Below, piece by piece: positions 24,820 to 36,870 of a DNA stretch of 64,000 nt; position 1 is the first letter of the stretch; each line of letters opens with the position of its first letter. This DNA comes from Ylistrum balloti. Lineage: Eukaryota. The notes beneath the pieces were generated by a model. That model ran no database searches and was not told the origin of the DNA. It worked only from the letters and a program-made list of their open reading frames with translations. Both the position numbers and the translations under genes were made by a program. The DNA lies in contig NW_026782013.1 of the NCBI RefSeq assembly GCF_031769215.1, forward strand, positions 310,001 to 374,000, written 5' to 3'.

Positions 24820-27800
24820 ATGGCCCCAAAGGAACCAAAAGTCGCAGTAAGTATCAAATTTGATGTAAATAAGCTCTATGTAAATCATATGCGGATGAGA
24901 CGGAATAAATCTATTAACGGAATGAACAAACATAAAAAAACAATCTACAGTACCAACGGTACAATTAAACACCACAACACATTTTAGGGATACAACATAA
25001 ATACTAAACATAAAGAAAGGTATCCCTAATGTAAGAGAAGGATCTCTGAAACATACACGCGTCATTCTCAATCTTAGTTTTGCATTGCTTACATCATTGT
25101 TTTGAATAAGGAAAGTAATGTTAATGCTAAATTAAAAGCGAAACTATTAACGGATGTTTATACAGTAAGTATAAAAACTAAGGATAAAATCTTATAAGAT
25201 ATATATGGCTGTTCGTTCCTCTGTATATCAATATCAGGTACATATATATCTTACTCTGTTCATCTAAGGAACAATCCTCTCACAAGGTGATAGAAAAACG
25301 GAGGAGAGATAGGATCAACGCCTGTCTGTCGGAACTCAGCCAGACCGTACCAGCGGCCTTCTCCAAACAGGTAAGACTGTTATACTATTAAACTGGTAGT
25401 CAAAACTAAAGAGATAGTTATCGTTACACTGTCCAAAAAAAAGACAATGCCACACCACCATACTGATATACGTAATCAATATCACATCATCATACAGGTA
25501 GTCAATATCACATCATCATACAGGTAGTCAATATCACACCATACAGGTAGTCAATATCACACCATCATACAGAGTCAATATCACATCATACAGGTAGTCA
25601 ATATCACATCATCATACAGATAGTCAATATCACACCATCATACAGGTAGTCAATATCACACCATCATACAGGTAGTCAATATCACACCATCATACAGGTA
25701 GTCAATATCACACCATCATACAGGTAGTCAATATCACATCATCATACAGGTAGTCAATATCACATCATCATACAGGTAGTCAATATCACATCATCATACA
25801 GGTAGTCAATATCACACCATCATACAGATAGTCAATATCACACCATACAGGAAGTCAATATCACATCATCATACAGATAGTCAATATCACACCATACAGG
25901 AAGTCAATATCACATCATCATACAGGTAGTCAATATCACACCATACATGTAGTCAATATCACACCATCATACAGGTAGTCAATATCACATCATCATACAG
26001 GTAGTCAATATCACACCATACAGGAAGTCAATATCACATCATCATACAGGTAGTCAATATCACATCATCATACAGGTAGTCAATATCACACCATCATACA
26101 GGTAGTCAATATCACACCATCATACAGGTAGTCAATATCACACCATCATACAGGTAGTCAATATCACATCATACAGGTAGTCAATATCACACCATACAGG
26201 AAGTCAATATCACATCATCATACAGGTAGTCAATATCACACCATCATACAGGTAGTCAATATCACACCATCATACAGGTAGTCAATATCACACCATCATA
26301 CAGGTAGTCAATATCACATCATACAGGTAGTCAATATCACACCATACAGGAAGTCAATATCACATCATCATACAGGTAGTCAATATCACACCATCATACA
26401 GGTAGTCAATATCACACCATCATACAGGTAGTCAATATCACATCATACAGGTAGTCAATATCACACCTTCATACAGGTAGTCATTCACACCATCATACAA
26501 ATAAAGGTAAGGTGTTATATTTTTGCAGCACAAATGCATCAAAATGAAGCAACATCACACTGATAACAATGTTTGCATCAAAGATTATTTATCATAATAC
26601 CTGTCAAACAAAATCATTCAACCAAACACGTTCCTGTGTACTCACGGTCCACGTAAGTATAGTTACCGTACCAACTACATACACAGGCCACACACAAACA
26701 GTAATTTATTTTCAATGAAAGCAAGTGTCTAAAGCTGTTTCATTAATATATATGCTGAGTCTCAGTCGATATTTGTTAATATAACATTTAGCAATCGCTA
26801 CGAAAGGGTGATATTTAGACACAAACTTGTGCAAACACACTTTACTTAATATAAGCACTTGATCAGAAATTGTTTGTTTCTAGAGCGCTGGCAAACTAGA
26901 AAAGGCCGAGATTCTAGAGATGACTGTGGAGTACTTGCGAGCGGTCCAGACAACAGAGATAGGTACTCGATTCGATCATGGTAGGTAGTTTACAAAACGA
27001 TGTCATGTGGCTTCCCATTTTTCTCTTACTTAAGGGACACTTAATAATGTGTTATCAGGTTACATAAAATGATACAGTGTGTCACTATGAATGATATTAT
27101 CTAACGTATATCTAAAGGGTATAGTCCACAAAATATATAGATAGTATAAAGTAAAAGTAGACGATTAAGCAAGACAAAGTACGTCTAAACTAGAAAACGA
27201 GACATGTAATGACGTCAACACACAGTATCCGTACATCTGTTGTCAGGGATGTGTTTATACCGACATTTCATTTAATCACCGGCTTATACAAATGCTCTAT
27301 ACTCGACATAGCTCCTGAGTGAATTTCATCATGGCTTGTCATACAAATGAAATTAAATTGATCCAATGACATATATAATAAAACGGTACCCATAATACCC
27401 TCTGACTGCCATTGCCGTGTCATATTATAAAGGGATTTTTTTTATAATAATCATTATTTCAATTCATTATTTGTCTCTGCTGTACCTGGTTCTAAGGTGC
27501 TATTCACTTGTGTGTCTTTGGAATAATATTCCGTGTTGTTTTGGTAGAACTTTGTTGAATAGTTTGCAGAATAACCTTATCGTTCTTATTTCTATGGACT
27601 TCAAAATTTACGTAAAAGTACACTGCGACAGTTCATGCATGAATGACCCGAGGTACCCACTCAGCAGACAAAACAATTACTATTTCTCGACATCTAAATC
27701 GTGAATTGACCATGCCTAGTGCGACAGTTGCTTGTTATTTCATTCCGCACGTGACCTAAGAAAGAAGCATTAGATTTTCGCGTGCTGTGTGCGTGGACAG

Positions 27801-28940
27801 CACGCTTGGCACGTGACATACACGTGCGACTTATCAGATAATAACTACCAGTAAGGTAACATATCGCAAGAATTGCGCATTGTAACGTCGCAATGTTACG
27901 AACACGTGAGTAAATTAGTTTTAAACACCCGCATCTACGTCTGTTGTCTTGAAATGCAAAGTGACACAAAGAAATGGCGGATTGATCCCTTGTTTTGGGA
28001 CATGAGACCGTGTCTCACCTAAGGGTCTATTAAAACGGGATTCATCATAGATCCCGTGATAGGCGTGTACAAAGAACTACGGACATCCCCTCAAATCGAG
28101 CCATGCATACAACAAAGGCGTCGTATGACAGCTACGCGCCACTAATTATACGTCACACACAGGCTCGCAGAATACTCGTCACGGCTGGCGTGGTGCGCAT
28201 GGAGGCTGGTGCGGTATACGTGCCTTTGTTGCACTGACGCTGTGGAGTGTCGTAATGTTTGCTCCACACACTGTCATCTCCACGTAAACACTAATTAAAA
28301 AGATGTAAAAATGTCACACACCTGTCCGTTTATGTCACAGGAGGATTATCTGTAGAATTTGTTAGTTTTCATACAATGCTTACAACTCTTATGTTGCTAG
28401 TATCTTTGTCAGTAACCTTCCATAAACTTAAAGGAAAAGTTTTGTGTTACAGGTGAATGGTACAGCTCTGACGTTTGGGCTGATTTTGTTCACCATTACC
28501 AAGCTGGGTACGACGATTGTGTTCGGGAAATCGTTCGCTATATGACAGACGTGGAAGGTCTTCAGGCAAGCGATGAACGATGCATGCGTATAATTTCCTA
28601 CCTTCAAACACGTTTTCGCGCAGACTCGTCTGTAAGCGGAGGGTCTGCTTACCGTGACGTTTTACAACGACTGACGTCATTAGCCAAATCTCGAGCGTCA
28701 CCTCCTGAGAACAGATCTTACAGATATACTCCATACGTGTTACCGACTAGAGATCTCGCAAAAACAACACATGGATTATTTACCAACATGTTCAGCAGTA
28801 GCTTTTCAGATGATAGCAGTGGCAGAATTATAGGATCGACAGACAGTACATCGTCCCGACTCTCCCCTCCCGACTTGACCAGGACTCCAAGACCTGAAGA
28901 CAGGCACCAGGCAAGTTTGCCTTATTTCAGGGGAAAATGA
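24820..28940 (+). CDS. HELT: HELT-like (Heslike/Megane) bHLH-Orange transcription factor
   Basis: Exons 24820-24846 (MAPKEPKVA), 25269-25370 (EQSSHKVIEKRRRDRINACLSELSQTVPAAFSKQ), 26884-26980 (SAGKLEKAEILEMTVEYLRAVQ...) and 28453-28940 (Orange: YQAGYDDCVREIVRYM...; ends YFRGK*). The SHKVIEKRRRDRIN and KQSxGKLEKAEILEMTV motifs match HELT. No WRPW end, consistent with HELT. Confidence 0.9.
25476..26500. repeat. 23/26-bp minisatellite (ACAGGTAGTCAATATCACACCATCAT) in HELT intron 2
   Basis: About 40 tandem copies, differing by loss of one CAT triplet. Confidence 0.95.
27748..27908. promoter_or_regulatory. Intronic E-box cluster in HELT intron 3
   Basis: CACGTG at 27748, 27810, 27821 and 27903; CGCGTG at 27779. 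Confidence 0.45.
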
Positions 28941-31560
28941 ACATACAATTTGATGTCATCGTTGTATATAAATATGTTTATATTTATTTTTTATTTTACT
29001 TTTGTCTTTTAAGAATCACTGACCAAAGAATACAAATTACCATGTGCATGGCCGTTTTAGTGTTTTTCTTTAAATTGTTTTAGCATTGTTTCTCACGAAG
29101 ATCCAACAACGGAAAGTCTACAGGTGTATTAACGTGAATATTATTGTGAATCAATACCAGTGTTACTTATATTCCGGTAAATATTCTAAATAAAGAGCTG
29201 TGTGAATGACGGCAAAAACTATCTCATATCAAAATTGACATGTTGCACAATTATATGACAACTCTGGCCATTTTGTTTAATATGACACCACAAATGATAT
29301 CCTTCACTGAAACCTTTGAAAACACTAGACACATCCAGCGATTACCCACGAAAGATAAATGGTAAGTTTGGATTACTGTATACCGATTTATCCACTTTTT
29401 GTAATAGCAAGGACAGAGGAATGGTGTTAGAAGGAGTATAGTCTGTTTCAGATGTTTACCTGTGTTTTTATTCTATATCGGAATATCAATATCATCTAAT
29501 ATCAAATAAAATGATAGGAAATTTATGAACCTTAAACAAATAATTAAAGTTTTACATACCTGTATTCTTACTTCATGTTAATATAACACCACTACACAAT
29601 ATGTATCAAGAGAATTATGTAAAGTTAAGTGTATTGTAGTGTCGAAGAAATGTTACATACTTCTTTGTATTTCATTTCAATAAATGTAGAATTACATGTG
29701 ATGTGTATCATGAAATGTAATATGATTATATGTAGGCTTATCATATTAATTTATGACTCTAAAAGATTTTGATTTTAAAAAAGTATAGTATAGTATCTCA
29801 GGTAACAGATAACACAGGATTAAACACAGCTATATTAACTCAGGTGGAATGTATAAGTATGAAACTGACTATAATTTGTTTGCCATTGTCTTCATAAAAC
29901 AACACCTGTCTTTGTCTTATAAAATGTTATCAAATCGGGAAGCTCCCGTGCGGAGAGCACACTACCATATCATACCTCCCATTTCAAATATTGATTCGTG
30001 TAATAAAATGTCTTTGTCCGAAGCCTTGTCATGTTCTTGTTATTATCGTTCATTACTTAAATTTACAATAGTGATGTTCATTTAAAGGAAGGAAAGACAA
30101 ATAAAACGCAATATTAATATGAAAATCAATAAAACCACGAAGTGCTTGTAATCATTCACTCCGACTGCGGCGTATTGTCGTATCAGCTTATTAATGTATA
30201 TTTCAGAATGAATTCAAAATTGTCGGAGCTAATCTTAAGTTTAAAGATATGTCCGATATTTATCATAATCTTCCATGAAAAGATAGGATACATATCAATA
30301 AATCACCTGTTGTTTACTTTCTAAATACAATCAATCAATTTTGATAAAGTAAAAAGGACACGAGTCTGTTCATTTGACATTAGACAATGTTGAAAAATCA
30401 AACTGATGCTCAAGATTGAGAGAGAGACACACACAGAGAGAGAGGATTTGTTTGAACTGGTTCTTTAAAGAATCACATTCCGATTCATTCCACTTCGATA
30501 GAAAAGCCTACCACAAGACGGACTAGAAACCAGCTGACCCAACAGTTTTTTTTAATATATTGCAAAATGCCCAGTGTGTTACCCTGACAGCATGTTCCTA
30601 CAGTTTTAGTCACTAGCTAAATAGTGCAACACCGATTGTATAACGACAAATCGTAGATTGACTTTGAAATGCTTGTATGCTCATCATTGTTTGTATCTGT
30701 ACATACTCAAGATTTCAATTTGCCCAGGGCCTTGAACTGTCATCCTATATCAGTGAATATGTTAAGGATGGGGATTACTCGCCGAATTGTGTGCGTTATC
30801 TAACATTCATATCGAAATATTTACGATTATTACTATATATTTATCGTTTATGCTGAAAACAAAGCAAAGGAGAGGCGTGTTTACATAGTTCGCAGAAGTG
30901 GAGACGTTTATACTTTCTGTTAAGGTGAACAAGGTGTGGTATCTTATCTCCCGATGATAAACCCATCACCTCGTCTACCGATGTTCATAGGTCAACAAGT
31001 GACTAAGGTTACTCTGTCAATATCCGTAGCTGGTACAGGTGGGGTGCACAGGTGACAAGTTTTTCACTCCCATATCAACGTATCATACCCTTAACATTAC
31101 TTACAATATCACAACTTCAAATAAGTTATGTATTTAGTAACGTGTCTTGATCGTTTTCAATATCGATCTACCTGTTACCTCTGTTACCACTTGTTAGTTT
31201 ATCTCAGCGAATGGAGGCGCATTTTGTTGAGTCAACTCGTTGTCCGGTTGTGCCACATAAAAACTAGGATAAAACTTGAACGGTACTTGCTGTTCAAAAG
31301 ACTCTTAAAAGTGTTTAGGGTAGTTCTAGCTTTATATCGCAAGAAATTTATCTTTAGTGCTAAAGTAGAATATTGTAATGATCCGCCTACAAATGTGATA
31401 TACTTTCAGGCTGACAGAGACATAACCTAAACCGCTGTATTATTTGATGTTAAAACATGTAAAATGAGAAGCGTCTCCATTGACGACACCTGACATATGA
31501 ATCTTGGTAAATCCCAGAAAGTAAAGTCTCGTTTTCAATTGAGAACCAGGTATTCAACGA

Positions 31561-32140
31561 TTACTCTGACGACAGTAAAACTCCCCCATATTTCTCATCA
31601 ACCTGCATCTTTTGAAACTGTGCTATGATTTTGTCTGTCAGTTGACTTCTTGAACGAAAATCGTGACAATGGGAACAGGCTACTGAATATCGAATCAACT
31701 GCGACATGTACACGGGTTGGGAATGCTTGGGTTGTTGTTTACATGAAATGAAAAAAATCACAATGGGGCAACCGAAATCATCACGCTTATCATAAAGCTT
31801 GGCGGAAAACTGTTCATGTTGGTTTCGCTGTAGGAAAAGATGAGATAAGCGGGTGAAGTATAAAGAGTCTGTCGAGACCTTTATTTCCAATTCTGGTGGG
31901 TATATACGATTAAACGACTTTGTCAAGGTTTTTGTGACCTGTGTTGGTAAGCTCTTCGATAAATTCAGATTCGAGTTCCAATAGGTATGCCAAAAGTCTG
32001 TTGAAAGTTCATACCACCAAACTCGACGAAGATGTCGTCAACCGGAAACACGATAATTTTTCTATTTTCGTAAATTTCCTCTTCGATAAGGGCGTATTTT
32101 CACGAAATAAGCCTCAACATAGCTCATAACCATATACAGG
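31561..32140 (-). mobile_element. Degenerate Penelope-like retroelement fragment (RT C-terminal half and thumb)
   Basis: The minus strand reads DDIFVEFGGMNFQQTFGIPIGT and IYPPELEIK...KLYDKRDDF...VYMSQLIRYSVAC, motifs typical of mollusc Penelope-like RTs. Contains frameshifts and a deletion. Confidence 0.7.
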
Positions 32141-32374
32141 GCATCCCAAATATATGATACTATTACAAAATGCAGCAACTTTGCTCATCTTTAACGGATA
32201 ATTTTCATTTATACCTCAAACTAAAGGTGACATTTAAAATGTTTTGTTTAAAAACATTACGGGAAAATACGTCAATGCCATTATAACATCGTCAATGACA
32301 TCATAACTAACTAGTCATATTTCTGGCAGATTCTCAAGGTGGCTCTTTCCAAAAACACGGACAAAGAAAGTGCT

Positions 32375-34690
32375 AAAGGATGTTAGGTAGTAATTGTTAG
32401 TAACATAGATATAAGTAACCTGATAGTGTACGAACAGGATGTTAGGTAGTAATTGTTAGCGACATGATTGTGTACTAACAGGATGTTAGGTAGTAATTGT
32501 TAGTAACCTAGATATAAGTAACATGATTATGTACTAACAGGATGTTAGGTGTTTATTGTTAGGGTAACATGATTGTGTACTAACAGGATGTTAAGTGTTT
32601 ATTGTTAGTAACATGATTGTGTACTAACAGGATGTTAGGTGTTTATTGTTAGTAACATGATTGTGTACTAACAGGATGTTAGGTGTTTATTGTTAGTAAC
32701 ATGATTATGTACTAACAGGATGTTAGGTAGTAATTGTTAGCAACATGACTGTGTACTATCAGGAAGTTAGGTAGTTATTGTTAGTAACCTAGATATAAGT
32801 AACATGATTATGTACTAACAGGATGTTAGGTAGTTATTGTTAGTAACCTAAATATAAGTAACATGATTATGTACTAACAGGATGTTAGGTAGTTATTGTT
32901 AGTAACCTAATATATAAGTAACATGATTGTGTACTAACAGGATATTAGGTAGTTATTGTTAGTAACCTAGATATAAGTAACATGATTGTTTACTAACAGG
33001 ATGTTAGGTAGTAATTGTTAGTAACATGATTGTGTACTCACAGGATGTTAGGTAGTAATTGTTAGTAACCTAGATGTAAGTAACATGATTGTGTACTAAC
33101 AGGATGTTAGGTAGTAATTGTTAGTTACATGATTGTGTACTAACAGGAAGTTAGGTAGTAATTGTTAGTAACCTAGATATAAGTAACATGATTGTGTACT
33201 AACAGGATGTTAGGTAGTAATTGTTAGCAACATGATTGTGTACTAACAGGAAGTTAGGTAGTAATTGTTAGTTACATGATTGTGTACTAACAGGATGCTA
33301 GGTGTTTATTGTTAGTAACATGATTGTGTACTAACAGGATGTTAGGTAGTAATTGTTAGTAACCTAGATATAAGTAACATGATTATGAACTAACAGGATA
33401 TTAGGTAGTAATTGTTAGTAACCTAGATATAAGTAACATGATTATGTACTAACAGGATGTTAGGTAGTTATTGTTAGTAACCTAGATATAAGTAACATGA
33501 TTATGTACTAACAGGATGTTAGGTAGTAATTGTTAGTAACATGATTGTGTACTAACAGGATGTTAGGTAGTAATTGTTAGTAACCTAGATATAAGTAACA
33601 TGATTATGTACTAACAGGATGTTAGGTAGTTATTGTTAGTAACATGACTGTGTACTAACAGGAAGTTAGGTTGTAATTGTTAGTAATCTAGATATAAGTA
33701 ACATGATTGTGTACTGACAGGATGTTAGGTAGTAATTGTTAGTTACATGATTGTGTACTAACAGGAAGTTAGGTAGTAATTGTTAGTTACATGATTGTGT
33801 ACTAACAGGAAGTTAGGTAGTAATTGTTAGTTACATGATTGTGTACTAACAGGATGTTAGGTAGTAATTGTTAGTAACCTAGATATAAGTAACATGATTA
33901 TGTACTAACAGGATGTTAGGTAGTAATTGTTAGTAACCTAGATATAAGTAACATGATTATGTACTAACAGGATGTTAGGTAGTAATTGTTAGTAACCTAG
34001 ATATAAGTAACATGATTATGTACTAACAGGATGTTAGGTAGTTATGTTAGTTACATGATTGTGTACTAACAGGAAGTTAGGTAGTAATTGTTAGCAACAT
34101 GATTGTGTACTAACAGGATGTTAGGTAGTAATTGTTAGTTACATGATTGTGTACTAACAGGAAGTTAGGTAGTAATTGTTAGTTACATGATTGTGTACTA
34201 ACAGGAAGTTAGGTAGAAATTGTTAGTTACATGATTGTGTACTAACAGGAAGTTAGGTCGTAATTGTTAGTTACATGATTGTGTACTAACAGGATGTTAG
34301 GTAGTAATTGTTAGTTACATGACTGTGTACTAACAGGATGTTAGGTGTTTATTGTTAGTAACATGACTGTGTACTAACAGGATGTTAGGTGTTTATTGTT
34401 AGTAACATGACTGTGTACTAATAGGATGTTAGGTGTTTATTGTTAGTAACATGATTGTGTACTAACAGGATGTTAGGTAGTAATTGTTAGCAACATGATT
34501 GTGTACTAACAGGATGTTAGGTAGTAATTGTTTGCAACATGATTGTGTACTAATAGGATGTTAGGTAGTAATTGTTAGCTACATGATTGTGTACTAACAG
34601 GATGATAGGTAGTAATTGTTAGTTACATGATTGTGTACTAACAGGATGTTAGATAGTAGTTGTTGGTAATGTTGATATAAGTAACATTAG
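32375..34690. repeat. Compound 44/59-bp minisatellite
   Basis: Core CAGGATGTTAGGTAGTAATTGTTAGTAACATGATTGTGTACTAA, with or without a 15-bp insert (CTAGATATAAGTAAC). Intergenic, between the 3' ends of HELT and RBM22. Confidence 0.95.
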
Positions 34691-34974
34691 AGTGTACCAA
34701 CAAAATGTTAGTCAGTTATTGTAAGCAACGCAGATATAAGTAACATGATAGCATATAGACAATATGCATCATCTTTGTTGAGTTCATTAATAGTAAGAAC
34801 TGGTTATTTCATTATCAGTGTAAGAATAAGCAGGCTAACATGACAATACCTAAAATGGAAAGCTACCCAAAATGGAACACATCCCAAAACGTTTGACAGT
34901 GTTTTCATTTTGTAATACAAGTGAATAATAACTAGATCTGTTCTAAACAAGAAATAAGGTGTTTTTATATTACT

Positions 34975-35410
34975 ATGGCATGTTTTATCAACATATCTTC
35001 TTTATGGCATGTTTTATCAATATATCTTCTTTATGGCATGTTTTATCAATATATCTTCTTTATGGCATGTTTTATCAATATATCTTCTTTATGGCATGTT
35101 TTATCGATATATCTTCTTTATGGCATGTTTTATCAATATATCTTCTTTATGGCATGTTTTATCAATATATCTTCTTTATGGCATGTTTTATCAATATATC
35201 TTCTTTATGGCATGTTTTATCAATATATCTTCTTTATGGCATGTTTTATCAACGTGTCTTCTTTATGGCATGTTTTATCAACGTGTCTTCTTTATGGCAT
35301 GTTTTATCAACGTGTCTTCTTTATGGCATGTTTTATCAACGTGTCTTCTTTATGGCATGTTTTATCAACATGTCTTCTTTATGGCATGTTTTATTAACAT
35401 GTCTTCTATG
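34975..35410. repeat. 29-bp minisatellite (ATATCTTCTTTATGGCATGTTTTATCAAT), about 15 copies
   Basis: Direct repeat. It explains the three overlapping ORFs with a 29-aa period. Confidence 0.95.
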
Positions 35411-36870
35411 TTGCCTATCATCTCTATTTAAAATCTGAAAGATGAGATTATAAAACATTTTTGATAGATAAGTGACTGGGTTTAATGAAAAAGTAAGTAA
35501 ACTTTATAAAAGGAAGAAAAATATTCAAGATAATATTGGTTACTTCTATAGGATATAAGAGGTGTTCCATTTTGGGTACCTCTATCTGTTGAAATGCATT
35601 GCTGAATCTAATTGTAATAAGAAATAATCTTCCATATGTAAAACGCTAACAAATAAAGTTTGTATTGGAGTAATATGCACACTTTAGATTAACAATGGAA
35701 TTGCATGCATATCAAGATTCATATGTGAGAAACTATAGTTTGCAAGGCTGTGTGCTTTCCTTTAATAATAATGTGACAACTTTTCACCTAAAGTTTATGG
35801 CAATTCTTTCTCTTTTATTTCCTAATATGTCTTTCTCACTGAAAACCACAACATACAAAAATAAAGCTCAATAGACTCTTTATTCTCTCAGACAAACCAT
35901 TCACATTGCAGGGAAAGATCTCTCGCTATCAAAATCCTATTTCACTCATACATACAATCTTGCATTGTTCCCCTCCAAACTTCCATCGTTTTATTTCATG
36001 TTTTATCATTGTATGATTGTATTACTAAAAAATCTCTAATATTTACAAAAGACTACAGATTCAGATGTAGAGGTGCTAAATGTAAACATGTAACACTGAA
36101 AGACCAAATACATACATATCTTTAAATATGCACTGAAAAAACCCAGACAACAAAAAAACTATACAACAGATGATTTTTAAAAGAAATAAAACAGTTTTAT
36201 TAAAAGACTCCAAGAATACAAGTTCCTATTGGTATTATTTCCTGAAGACTGAGTCACAAGCAACTTTTTTGTACCACAAACAAAATCTTCTGTCCAAAAT
36301 GAGGTGCTTTTCCCCTTGAGGAATTATAATTCTCCAAAGATTGATTTTGTCACCTGTGACTTTTTTGCATGAAACATGAAATCTCTTGTTCCTTTTGAGA
36401 TATTTTTTCATAAGTGGCAACACTAACACTGTCACCGGTAACATTTTACTACCACTAGTCACATCTCTTCCGATAACTTATTCTGTCCCTAAACCCACTT
36501 CCTCCTTCTGTGATCTAGTGGTTCCTGTACCATTGTGTACTGCCTGTAACATACTGTGTAGCTGTAGAAGTGTCAAGTAAGACTGTTCCCAGGGTAATGT
36601 CATATTTGTGTTCAGTGAATTGTTGTGGTCAGGATGATAAAGCACATAATGACACATAATGCAAATGCTGACTTTCCTCCCAATAACCAACTGCATACAC
36701 AGTCACATCAATCGAAACCCACAGGACTCTGCTCTTAAGACAAATGACAAGATTACAGTCACTTGAGTTTCCAACAATAACATACCAGTGTCCATGTACT
36801 GTAGCCCTTGTCTTCTTATTCAACAGTATAATCTGGTATTAAACATTATGGAGATGACAATCTAACATGA

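Noticed and set aside
34959-35438. Three overlapping hydrophobic ORFs
   Set aside because: They are products of a stop-free 29-bp repeat read in three frames.
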